A stretch of DNA of 64,000 bases. Origin: Octopus sinensis. Its lineage: Eukaryota. Below the pieces are notes generated by a model that was not told where the DNA came from, made no database searches, and saw only the letters and a program-made list of their open reading frames with translations. Position numbers and translations under genes: made by a program. The stretch lies in contig NC_043001.1 of NCBI RefSeq assembly GCF_006345805.1, forward strand, positions 64,232,001-64,296,000. The letters run 5' to 3'. This document shows positions 49,181 to 60,899 of the stretch, piece by piece; positions within the stretch are counted from its first letter, which is position 1; the number at the start of each line of letters is the position of its first letter.

Positions 49181-49373
49181 GGAGATGATATTCAGTTAAA
49201 ATACATAATTTCATTTGGAAAATAGTAATAAATTTCAATGAGTATTACTTACTCGGATATAGTCCAACCCTTTGTCAGCTATTTTTGGCTCCATGCGATG
49301 TCTTTATTTCCAATGTTTTTGGATAGATTTCGGAACAGTGTTTTATTGCTCTCCTTATTATTTTTTTTTATTA

Positions 49374-49625
49374 TTATTCAGGTCACTGCCTGGAATTGAA
49401 CTCGGAATCTTGGGGTTAAGAGCATGGGCTACTAACCCCAAGATTCCAAGTTCGATTCCAGGCAGTGACTTGAATAAAAATAAGAAGAAGAAGATCGAAA
49501 GAAATGAGAACCCAGATTCAAAATTTCCCCAGGACACCTGAAAAAAGCTGGAGAGCATATCAGCCTAAACGTTGAGTTAACAACAAACAAGAAGAGGACA
49601 AATATCCGTCAAATGTAAATAATGT
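49374..49625 (+). mobile_element. tRNA-headed SINE with fold-back head (45-bp arms) and degenerate hammerhead-like domain
   Basis: ggttaagagcatgggctactaaccccaagattccaagttcgattccagg is tRNA-like; inverted copy at 49374-49418; motif at 49533-49578. Confidence 0.75.
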
Positions 49626-51030
49626 TATGTTTTGTAATAAAAAATAATTAACCAATGTTGGTCAATTTGTTTGCTTGTTGATCAAAAGTTTTCTCCATTT
49701 TCCGCTTATTTAAATTTGATTCCTGATAAACTTTTGTTTATTCTGTTACTAGTTGATGCATCCGCTAATTCCCGGGGGGTAAAGATGTTCTATTGAGATG
49801 CATTATTACTCTGATATAAGAAAGCAATTTCGTTATAACTGCCACAAAAGGTGTATTTTCCATCATGAAAAAGTACAAAAACAGTCAGCTGGAGGAGGAA
49901 GAGATTGTTGGAGGTTGGCAAGAGAGGTTTTCAGAGGTTGGCGAGAAAGATTGTCAAAAGTTGATGAGAGAGGCTGTTGAAGGTTGGTGAGAGGCAAAGA
50001 CAATATTCTACTTAGTGAAGGCATCTGGGAAATGTATAACTGGTGTCATTCACAGAAAAACTATTGTTTTACTGTGAGAAAAGTGCTGGTGAAGTGGTCA
50101 GTGAAATTTGGCAATCGAGGATCGAATCTATGACATGCCGGCATGAAGCCACTACAAATACTTTGTGGAATAAAAAATTTATCTACTGTCATGGAAAAAG
50201 TGTTACTGTAAAAATGTAGAATTATCGGAGTAATGGGCATTCAAAAAAGTATTTATGTATAGAAATTTATGAATGAAGTCTTTAATGTTTAAAATCCAAA
50301 TTAAGGAAGTATAATAATGTTTAGCAGTTCAAAACTGTGAGTAGTGAAATGCAGAATTAGGTCGGCTGATCAAATATTGATCGCTTCACTAAAATTTGCA
50401 GGCGGTATGGGTTATTTCCCTTGGGTTGTTTAAATAAAATATCAGTAATATGTAGTAGATAGAAGGATCCAGTGGAAGGGCCCTATTAAAGATTTTTTTC
50501 AACAATCTAAGTATGTCACGAGGTTTCCAGACATGAGTCCTACTCACATGTCAAATAAGGTATAAAAGTGATATTGTCTGCAAAAATTAGAAATTGGACA
50601 CAAAAATTAATCGAGCATAAACAATGAAATGGATTATTTCCTTTGAGTGTTCAAAAATATTGTACAGGTGCTTTGGGTTATTTCCCTTGGGTGTTTAAAA
50701 AAAATTAGTTATGTGAGGTAAATATAACGGTCCCTTCCAGGGGCCGTATTATCGATTTTTTCAACAATGTATGTCATGAGGTTTCCAGATATGAGTTCTA
50801 CTCACGTGTCAATAAAACGATGTAGGAGGAGTTAGCTAACAATGCCACAAACAAATACACACACCGATTTTCAACATACATAGTAGATTAACTTACCCTA
50901 AGAGCATAGTGTGCTTGCATACCCATGCCCAAGGATAACATAGATAAATGATACCGGTAGTAAGAATGGATATTCTTATCCCTGAGACGGTTATTCTAAC
51001 CACTAACTCTGTTTACCTTTATATATATAT

Positions 51031-52122
51031 CATCATCATCATCATCGTTTAACGTCCGCTTTCCATGCTAGCATGGGTTCGACGGTTCAACTGGGGTCTG
51101 GCAGGCGCGAAGGCTGCACCAGGCCAGTCAGATCTGGCAGTGTTTCTACAGCTGGATGCCCTTCCTAACGCCAACCACTCCGAGAGTGTAGTGGGTGATT
51201 TTATGTGCCACCGACACAGGTGCCAGACGAGGCTGGCAGACGGCCACGCTCGGATGGTGTTTTCTTATGTGCCACCGACACAGGTGCCAGACGAGGCTAG
51301 CAGACGGCCACGCTCGGATGGTGTTTTTTATGTGCCACCGACACAGGTGCCAGACGGCCACGCTCGGATGGTGTTTGTTACGTGCCCACAGCACGGAGGC
51401 CAGTCGATGCGGTACTGGCTACGGTCACGTTCGGATGGTTTTCTTATGTGCCACCGGCACAGGTACCACAAGGATACAAATTCCATTGATGTTCATCTAT
51501 TTTGATTTGGTTTGATTTGATTTGATTTGATTTTCACTTGCCTCAACAGGTCTTCACAAGTGTCACAAGAAGGAAGGTATGCACAGGTGGACTGACTACG
51601 TCCCAGGTAGGGGCCACGGGTTATGGCTTCACTAGTCTTGCCGGGTCTTCTCACGCACAGCATACTTCCATAGGTCTCGGTCTCTAGTAATTTCCATGGT
51701 GAGACCTAAAGTTCGAAGGTCGTGCTTCACCACCTCGTCCCAGGTTTTCCTGGGTCTACCTCTTCCACGGGTTCCCTCAACTGCTAGGGATTGGCACTTT
51801 CTCACACACCTATCTTCATCCATTCTCGCCACATCACCATACCAGCGCAATCGTCTCTCTTGCACACCACAACTGATGCTTCTTAGGTACAACATTTCTC
51901 TCAAGGAACTAACGCTCTGTCGAGTAAGTACACTGACATTACACATCCATAGGAGCATACTGGCTTCATTCCTCATGAACTTACGCATATCCTCAGCAGT
52001 CACGGCCCATGTTTCACTGCCATGTAGCATGGCTGTTCGTACACATGCGTCATACAGTCTGCCTTTTACTCTGAGCGAGAGGCCTTTTGTCACCAGCAGA
52101 GGTAAGAGCTCTCTGAACTTTG
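51031..52122 (-). mobile_element. 5'-truncated RTE LINE
   Basis: ORF 51632-52093, 3' UTR, (GAT)n tail. Confidence 0.9.
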
Positions 52123-52735
52123 CCCTAGCGGTTCAGGGAACCTGTGGAAGAGGCAGACCCAGGAAAACCTGGGACAAGGTGGTGAAGCACGACCTTCGAA
52201 CTTTAGGTCTCACCGAGGAAATGACTAGAGACCGAGACCTTTGGAAGTATGCTGTGCGTGAGAAGACCCGGCAGGACAAGTGAGACCATAACCCATGGCC
52301 TCTACCTGGGATGTAGCGAGTCCACTTATGCATATCTTTCCTACTTGTGAAGACCTGTTGAGGCAAGTGAAAATCCAAGATCCAAATCGAAATCAATCAA
52401 CATCAATGGAAATTGCAGCTGTGATACCAGTGCCGGTGGTATGTAAGAGAACAATCCGAACGTGGCCGTTGCCAGCGCCGCACCGACTGGCCTCCGTGCC
52501 GGTAGCACGTAAAAAGCACCATCCGATTGTAGCTGTTGCCAGCCTCGTCTGGCACCTAAAAAGCACCCACTACACTCACGGAGTGGTTGGCATTAGGAAG
52601 GGCATCCAGCCGTAGTAACATTGCCAGATCAGACTGGGCCTGGTGCAGCCTTCTGGCTTCCCAGACCCCAGTTGAACCGTCCAACCCATGCTAGCATGGA
52701 AAGCGGACACTAAACGATGATGATGATGATGATGA
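52123..52735 (+). mobile_element. 5'-truncated RTE LINE, head-to-head with the previous copy
   Basis: LAVQGTCGRGRPRKTW..EKTRQDK stop, 3' UTR, (GAT)n tail. Confidence 0.9.
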
Positions 52736-53379
52736 GTACATGAAATATGAACTATTTTTTGAACAGCGAAAACACAATGGAAAACAAGACAAACAACATA
52801 AAGAAAGACCCTTCAACAGTTGTTGACCGTTTTTCTACTCTCGTATTTTGAGCATTTAACAACAATATACGCTTTCGATAAAACAGTTGCTCCCGCAAAG
52901 CAAATTAAATAAAATTTGGGATTTTGCAGAGGATCGAAATTGGTAACACAAACAGGACCGTGAAAACAAACAGAAAGGGCTGCTAAGCCTAAATCAGGTT
53001 GTGCTGGTGAACACGTAAATCAAGCTTGGACAGGAGACAGACAAAAACACGTCTTCTTTGTTCCAGCTACAACGGAGAGAAAGAAAGAAGCACAAGTTAA
53101 GAGAAGAAAGAAAGATGGCTGATGGTCACGTGGGAGTCACGTGAGCAAGGGAGGAGGAATGAGGGAAATTGTCACCAAAAACATATAGAATAGCAGCTTA
53201 GATTAGAAAGAATTCCTAAAATTGCTCCCAAAATGACCTAGACTTATGGATGTAAAGAATTGGATGATGACTGAGAACATAGAGGTATCCATATTGCAGA
53301 AAGTAAGGTACATAGAAAGAAAGATGCTTCATTGTGAAAAGCACCATCTCTGTAATGTTTGGGCAAACTGCACACTTCA

Positions 53380-55860
53380 ATATATGTTAAGTGAAGCCAA
53401 CAATGCTTCTGGGTAAACTATGTTTTATGTAAGTCTAGTGTTGGTAGAATAAATATACAAGTCATCTGCACTTCTAACTTGAGAGCATGTAACATATAGT
53501 TGTCCATAAGAAAAGCAGGATAGTTGTAAATTGAGAACCACAGTTTTTCAAGTTTGACCCAAAGCACAATCGCACTGGGAACTGGAGGCACTTGAAATGA
53601 AATGGCACATTTGAGAAAATAAGGGACATGCGTGGAATGTAGGCAATCTCTCCTTGATGGCAACCAGCAGTAATGGTTGCTTCTAGGAATGGCTTGTCGT
53701 AGTTACAATCAATCTTGTACCTTGCATAGTCATGGTAGGTCTAAATTCCTCAAGAGCATGATAGGTGCATCCTTCTTTAAGAACAACTTATGTGTTGGCA
53801 GTCCTGTGGGTTGTAGAGAGTTGAGAAATTCAGCTTGATACTTAACAGCAGCATGTTCGTCCATGGTAACATCAATGGAGACAAACATCGAAGCATCTCC
53901 AGGTGGAATGTGAAGGAGTTCAAGGTGTTCATGGTTTACTTTATCAACACTTTCATTCCGAGATGTTAAATAGCTCTCTCTGCGAACCATGCTATGTTTT
54001 TGAAGTTGTCTGGCAGTGTGGGAAATACATTTTCCTTAATCTCAGTCAATGTAGACACCATGTGCCCACATTGCAGTACATGCTGCTGCAGGATGTTATT
54101 CAATGATAAGGCACTATTTCCAATTTGTAGAAGTTGATGAGAGAAATCCTCAGCTAAGAGATGAGCTCGCATTTTCTTGCTTAATGAAAGCTGACAAACA
54201 AACCTCCACAGAGGTGAAGACTTCAGACATGCATAGATCTCATCAGTTCATGTACCCCATGGTATGACTGGTAATATTTGAAGGAAATCCCCTGCATAAC
54301 CCCCCCCCCCCGATGGACCGTGAAGTCTGGCGTAGCATGGTAAATTCCATTGTCTCGACCACGGTCGAACAATGAGGATAATGATAACTCCATAATGGCA
54401 GTATGGTTTCTAATATCCCTTAGTGACCTATCTCGGGCTTTTAATGCACCACTGTGTGCCATCGTGCATTCATCCCAGACAATAAGTGTAGTTTGGAGCA
54501 GAACTTCCACCATCAGTGATCATTTTGAAATATTGCACATTTGGGCACCTGTTGAAATCAAATTAAAAGGTAATTTGAACGTTGAGTGAACTGTTCGTTC
54601 ACCTGTTAACAAAGTTGCTGCTATCTCTGATGATGCGACTACAATCGCTATGTTTCCCATCTGCCTTATTGTTACCAGAAGTAGGTTAAGTAGAAACGTT
54701 TTCCCTATTCCTCCTGGTGGATCAATGAAGAAAAGACGTCCTTCTTGCAAGGTAGACACTACTATTTCATTGTAAACACACTTTTGCTTAGCTTGTAATA
54801 ACAGTTCACTTTCATCAAGCTGCCTTTTCAGGGCATCCAAGTCGTATGCTCTTTATCGAATGAATTCTCTTGAAAGGCTGTGATGTTCAGCTGAAGGTGT
54901 TGGAATCCCATAGTCAGATAAGCTTTTGCCCCAATGGAATTAAGCATGTCTTCTAAATTCCGTAATGCTTCAGTGTATATAACATCTAAGTAGGAGACAT
55001 TTGACCCATGCAACCATCGAGCTTCATGAAGGATGTCATTAGATAGGCTGTCTTTGTGGTTTCCCCAAATTTGTAGCGGATTCGGTAAATCGCAATGGTA
55101 CAACATGATGGCGAAAAGGCTTCTTAGTTGGTTAGCTTCACATGCAGTTACTGTGCCAGAAAGAGCTAAACTCCAGTGACTGCCATCTTCGAGAAGACCT
55201 CATAGTTGGTACTTGTCGAAATGTTTCACAAATGAAGGAGTTCACTATTTTAAGATCTTTGAATGACATTGGTTCAAGAACTTTGTGGAAGAGCATCTGG
55301 AGACAGTAGCATTCAAAGTTTTTGGGGCGAACCGTATAAACTCAACCTAGAGCATCACTTTTTTTTGTGTGGATGCCCTTCGATGGTGACACACCAAGCT
55401 TTCTCCTCTTCCACTTCTTCACATGGTTATTCCAGGTATAATACTTCGGTACGTCTGGGTAGAAGATTGTCGCGGCGAATGTGTCATATCAACACAGGTC
55501 AAAGAATGTTGTGAGTGTCGTCACCTGTGGTGCGTATATTTGTCCTTTAACTATTTTGGGATTCTGTGGATCAAAATTGGCAATTTTCTAAATAAACAGA
55601 GAGGTGGACAACTGTGGGATATCTGTCATGGATGGAGAAATGAAGGAGTCTCCAAGCAGCTTCTGGTGTACCTCATTGGCCCTATCAGCATCTGAAAGGC
55701 CAAACACAGCCATGCCAAACCCTTTATTTACATATTTGCATACATACTTGATAGAGTGAACAGAATTGCAAAATTCCACGTAAATGTGTGCCTTGAAAAC
55801 TCGTAGCAATAGAGGACTATATGGGGTGATCCATCTGTCGTCTACGATGACTAGACTTTG
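53380..55860 (-). mobile_element. Decayed Helitron Rep/helicase region
   Basis: VEFCNSVHSIKYVCKYVNKG, FFIDPPGGIGKTFL, VASSEIAATLL..TVHSTFKLP, IVWDECTM, FAERAI, EFLNSLQPTGLP..PIMLLRNL. Confidence 0.9.
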
Positions 55861-56857
55861 CTGTGGTCAAAGAGTGAAATGGAATCCACCGTCACCCAGT
55901 TTGCGTCTTTTGTACGTTGGATATTCCCCCCTAAACTGACCTTTCTGATTTTTTTTCCTTTTTTCACCAGATTCCTATGTTTTCAATGATGGAGATTCCG
56001 AATATGCAAAAAATCAAGTTTTAAAATTTTTTAATTCCCCTACCCTGCCAAATTTTTAATTCTTCATTCTTTTCGAATTTTTTTTTTTTTCAATCTACGT
56101 GAAAAAATACAGAGATTAAGAATATGGAGGAAAAACAAATTTTAATTTCAAATCTTTTATGAATAACTCCAAAATTGATCCACACCCCATCCCACTGTCT
56201 AAAAGTGAAAAGGAACGGCTGTTTTGTCCATTTCCACATGCGTAAGTTTATAGTGAAAGAACAAAAGGACCATGACATGTGAAGCCCTCACTACGAAACT
56301 TGATATGCTAAAAATAACAGCTAAATGCCCGGAAAACTTTTGTATTGTGGGTGCACACGCGCAACAATTTCTACAGCTTATCCAAATGAACAGAGAAAGA
56401 AGTACACAAAATATATTTGACATACCTGTTGTATACGTCGGTTTTGTTTTTTCGCTTTAAAGGTAAACAATTCTGATAGAAGCAATTATTTTGCTGTCAA
56501 TTCTTTGGATTAATCCCAACAAAATACTACAAATTTAGTCACTGGCTCAGCACCTGTTTTTAAATTCTTTTAAATGAGGAAAGCATTCGATATATTCACT
56601 TGGTAATATAAGTATCTTTCAAATTTAATTATTTATTTAATTATATAACTATTTTATTATTTCCCTCACTAGAATTAATTTATCTCCCTCACTAGATTGC
56701 TTGTACATACCCCTATAATCACTAGCTCCAATATTAATAACAACCCCACCCAACTTTTACCTAACAAATAAACTATTAACATTAATATCTAATTCTATTA
56801 TAATCAGAAATATTAAATTTCTAAATCTCTCATAGAGATATGTACGGTGGTGGGGCG

Positions 56858-57086
56858 ATAGAGTGGTTGTATACTGTCAACTTAATGTGACAGTAAGGGA
56901 ATTACACCACCGCTGTTTAGCCCTAGGACGCATCGACGCTTCCTGTCGGATTGACACATTTATATACGGACACAGGAAATGTGTCAAGGCCAACAGGAAG
57001 CATTGATGCTTCCTAGGGCTAAACAGCGGTGGTGTAATTCCCATACGGGACTGTCACGTTATGTTGACAGTATACAACCACTCTAT
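56858..57086. repeat. 229-bp imperfect palindrome (MITE/fold-back-like)
   Basis: atagagtggttgtatactgtcaac..gggaattacaccaccgctgtttagccctagg mirrored by cctagggctaaacagcggtggtgtaattccc..gttgacagtatacaaccactctat. Confidence 0.85.
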
Positions 57087-57189
57087 TATAGTCTTATTAC
57101 ATATAAGTCTTAACATAATATTATAATAAATAATTCTACTGTTTAATATATTGTATGCATAATAAATATTTTTCTACCAATATCTTACC

Positions 57190-58200
57190 TTACACAACTG
57201 CTCTCTGCCATTCTCTGTATATCGGACAAACGGGACGCCGCTTGGCTGACCAGTTCGCGGAACACCTTCGAGACATCTGCCTCGGTAATAACACCCCGGT
57301 CACGCCATTTCCGCTCCACCGGTCACTCTTCGCAACACATGTCCGTGTTCGGATTGTCCTTGCACAGAGGCCATCTGGACTCCCATTTGCAGCGTGAACA
57401 GGAATTAATTTTCTCTCTTTGCTCCTTTGTGCCACATGGGCTCAACTCTCCTCCCCTTGCCTGTCTCCCCCTCCCTCCTACTTCCCACCTCTCCTCTCTT
57501 GCTCCGACTCCTACTTCTCTTCACCCCTACTCTTTCTCTCTTCACTCATACCCACCTACCCCAACCCCTTCATCGTCAACCCTCCTCCATAAGCCCACCC
57601 TACCCCTACACATTCCTATCCTTCCCATCCCTTACACCCTCTCCCACATACCCCATCTCTACCCCCACCCTCTGCCTTCCCACATATCCACCTCTACCCC
57701 ACCCTCTGCCTACCCACATACTCCACCTTTACCCCAACCCTCAGCCTAAGCCACACCCCACCTATGCTTTCCCCACTCTCGCCTTCCCACCTCCCAACAC
57801 CATCACACCACACTACACCATACCACGCAACACATCACATCACAACACACCACCACACACACACCAGCACTGACCAAATCCTTTCCCCACATTTTCACAC
57901 CTACACATACACACACGCATACGTCAAGATCACCAGCCCTCTTTCACACGCACATATGTACTCTCTTACACACACGCGCACCTTCGTTTTGGGATCAATA
58001 CTACTTTGTTATCCTACTTCTTAGCTCTCCTTTGTGACCCTTCTATCCGGCATTCGCCATGATAGATCGGTAGCCACTACACACATTTTTTCTCTCCTTG
58101 TTTCTTTCTGTGGAAGAGCTTAGGCTCCAAACGTAAAAGACTTTTTCAATTCCCAAGCGTTATACTAATACATCTGTTTGTTCTCTACACCACCTGTCGG
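57190..58200 (+). mobile_element. Penelope-like 3' fragment (GIY-YIG, 3' UTR), same family as 20170-21870
   Basis: SLYIGQTGRRLADQFAEHLRDI..EQELIFSL; motif at 58103-58140. Confidence 0.85.
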
Positions 58201-58744
58201 ATCTTTTCCTTTTGAACGGCAGTTTTCAACACAATTTCTAGTTTCTAGTTACTAAACACTTTTAAACTTCGTATACTGGTAGAATGTGTCAAAATAAAAC
58301 ATTTTTTCTCTTGGCTTTCTTGAGAAAATTGTAATTTGTAAGTTTAACGTAGTTTAATTTTTCGAATTTTAACCAATCGATGGCCTCTATTGAGCTAAAA
58401 TCATTTGCTGCGTCTAAAACTGAGACAACATCCTGTCACTAACCCTAACCCTCACCACCACCCACACCCTAAATTTTAGCCTTTCGTTTTTTTTTTACTT
58501 AATTGTTAAATTAATTTAATTGTTACGCGTGTATCTAAAAGTATTCGTTTTGTTTTTGTTTTGAGTTTTTGCTTTCGTTTTAGCCTTTCGTTTTTTTCCT
58601 TAATTGTTAAATTAATTTAAGGATAACAATTAAGAAAAAAAACGAAAGCAATGGAAAATAATTTTAATTTAACAATTAATAAAAAAAAACGAAAGGCTAA
58701 AATTTACCTGTCTTCATCTTTTGATGTTTTCGTGAATTCTCCCA

Positions 58745-58790
<46 letters not shown>

Positions 58791-58792
<2 letters not shown>

Positions 58793-59410
58793 CGATTTAG
58801 GAGTGACCCCAACAGGTCACTCGTCCACCAGAAAGAGCAGCCATAACTCACACCGCCAAGTATTATTAATTCAGAAATTAGGTGAAAATTTAAAAACATT
58901 TACCCTAATTCATCCTTTAGACGTAGCAACGTTTCTGTGTCATTAATGATTAAATTAGCTTAATTAAATTAAATTAAGCCAATCTACCATAGGTTACACT
59001 TCATCAGTAAAGACCTGGGAGAGACAAATATACACGAGGCGTCTGTATCGAAGCCTACGGGATATCTGACTTAAAATTTTCAAGACTGACGTATTCGCGC
59101 CAAACTTATCAACAGTAAATATATACTGCCGATTCAATCTCAGAATTATTCAGAAAATTATCAATTAGTCAATTTAGGGTAGCAAAAAATTCAATAGAAA
59201 TTTATCGCAACCAGCGGCCTGGTGAAAAAGAGAAAATAGTCATCGACTAAATATATAAATATAACGATTTAGGAGTGACCCCAACAGGTCACTCGTCCAC
59301 CAGAAAGAGCAGCCATAACTCACACCGCCAAGTATTATTAATTCAGAAATTAGGTGAAAATTTAAAACATTTACCCTAATTAGGTGAAAAATTAAAAACA
59401 TTTACCCTAA
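58791..59410 (-). mobile_element. Non-coding 472-bp unit with terminal redundancy and a hammerhead ribozyme (retrozyme-like)
   Basis: aacgatttaggagtgacc.. at 58791 and 59263; hammerhead at 58914-59013; ends in (TA)n. Confidence 0.65.
58914..59013 (-). ncRNA. Type I hammerhead ribozyme, near canonical
   Basis: Stem I CUUUA/UAAAG, CUGAUGA, GUGU/ACAC, GAAA, stem III ACGU-UGCU-ACGU, GUC triplet. Confidence 0.8.
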
Positions 59411-59622
59411 TTAGGGTAAATGTTTTTAAATTTTCACCTAATTTCTGAATTAATAATACTTGGCGGTGTGAGTTATGGCTGCTCTTTCTGGTGGACGAGT
59501 GACCTGTTGGGGTCACTCCTAAATCGTTATATTTATATATTTAGTCGATGACTATTTTCTCTTTTTCACCAGGCCGCTGGTTGCGATAAATTTCTATTGA
59601 ATTTTTTGCTACCCTAAATTGA

Positions 59623-59627
<5 letters not shown>
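59164..59627. repeat. Spacer-less palindrome, 217-bp right arm
   Basis: Centre accctaa|ttagggt at 59410/59411; the left arm carries an extra 30-bp tandem copy. Confidence 0.92.
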
Positions 59628-59657
<30 letters not shown>

Positions 59658-59761
59658 ATGAGCACAACTAAGTACCCCAAATAAATCCAAAATTGAAATA
59701 CTCCAGCTCATTCAAGTCACGTGCGATTTGAACTGAGGCATTCACAGAGTGGAAGAGGGAA

Positions 59762-60530
59762 TCTTTATTATAATCAAATGATTTTACATAGAATTGGACA
59801 TAACAAGAATGTTGTGAGAGTTTGAATGAAATTAAAATTTAGTTATAATATAACATAAACGAAAACTTGGCTTACTTTTGCTTTTAAACGAATCATCGGG
59901 TTACTTTTGCCTTTATAACGAGAACTTTAGTGCGTTTTTTTTTTTTATTAAATAACATTAGAAAACATAAAAATGAAAAGGGGGAGAAGTGCAGGTTCCG
60001 AATTTTGAACCCGGCAGCCTATAAGGCCCAGCAACTAATTTTTCCTTTCTTTGATGATTAAGCCGGGTTACTAACACCCACCTTTCTCATCACATCCTTC
60101 CAACGTTTCACATACTCTTTCTGTGGCAGGCTCCTCTTCTCCAACCCCATCTTGCTCTTCAGATGATATCTGAAGTATTTTAACAAACCGGGGCCAGAGA
60201 CAAAGGACCCTGTCACTAAACCTTCCATTCTGGTTCTCCGCACACACTCTTTCAGTACTGCCACCGTACAGTAAAAACAAACCTTACCTTCCTTTGAGAG
60301 TCCAGTTGGCGGTATCGTCTTTATCATAGATCCAGCCGACAGCTGTACTCGTCCCAGATGCGACTACACGTGTTCAACGTAACTTTTCAAGCTTGACAGC
60401 TCCCGATATTGTACAAAAGCGTGTTGAACGGCTTCATCGTCCAACCCACATCTTGGACACGACGGTGGCACTGACATTCCGTGCCTGGATAACTTATCGC
60501 GAACAGGTAATGCATTCCTGTTCCGCCACG
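59762..60530 (-). mobile_element. 5'-truncated Tx1/L1-like LINE 3' end
   Basis: ALPVRDKL..CPRCGLDDEAVQHAF, then LSKEGKVCFYCTVAVLKECVRRTR, homologous to 41566-41809. Confidence 0.85.
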
Positions 60531-60899
60531 TAGGGGCGGGCGGGGGGAACTGAAAATTGGAAGGGTGGGAAGTGGAGTTTGGCGGTGTGCGGTCAACATC
60601 CGAGTTAGAAATGTGAAAGGGTATAGATATAGGGAAGTAAAGAGACTATATAGGAAGGATATGGGTGTAGGAGAAGAAATATTTAGGGAAAAGAAGTCAT
60701 GTATGGGAGACAAAATTTGTATATATAGGAGGAAAATGCAGGGAAACATATATGCACATACACACACCCACACACACGCACATATATATATATATATATG
60801 TACATATACGTACACATATGTGCACATATGTGACCGCACACCGCCAAACTCCACTTCCCACCCTTCCAATTTTCAGTTCCCCCGCCCGCCCCTACGTGG
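60526..60899. repeat. 70-bp inverted repeat (60526-60595 / 60831-60899)
   Basis: Arms are identical apart from one G/C-run length difference. Confidence 0.9.

Noticed and set aside
52800-52830. CUGUUGAAGGG on the minus strand as another hammerhead
   Set aside because: No matching GAAA or stems found
58438-58455. Telomere-like (CCCTAA)n
   Set aside because: Only about two units; part of an interspersed repeat
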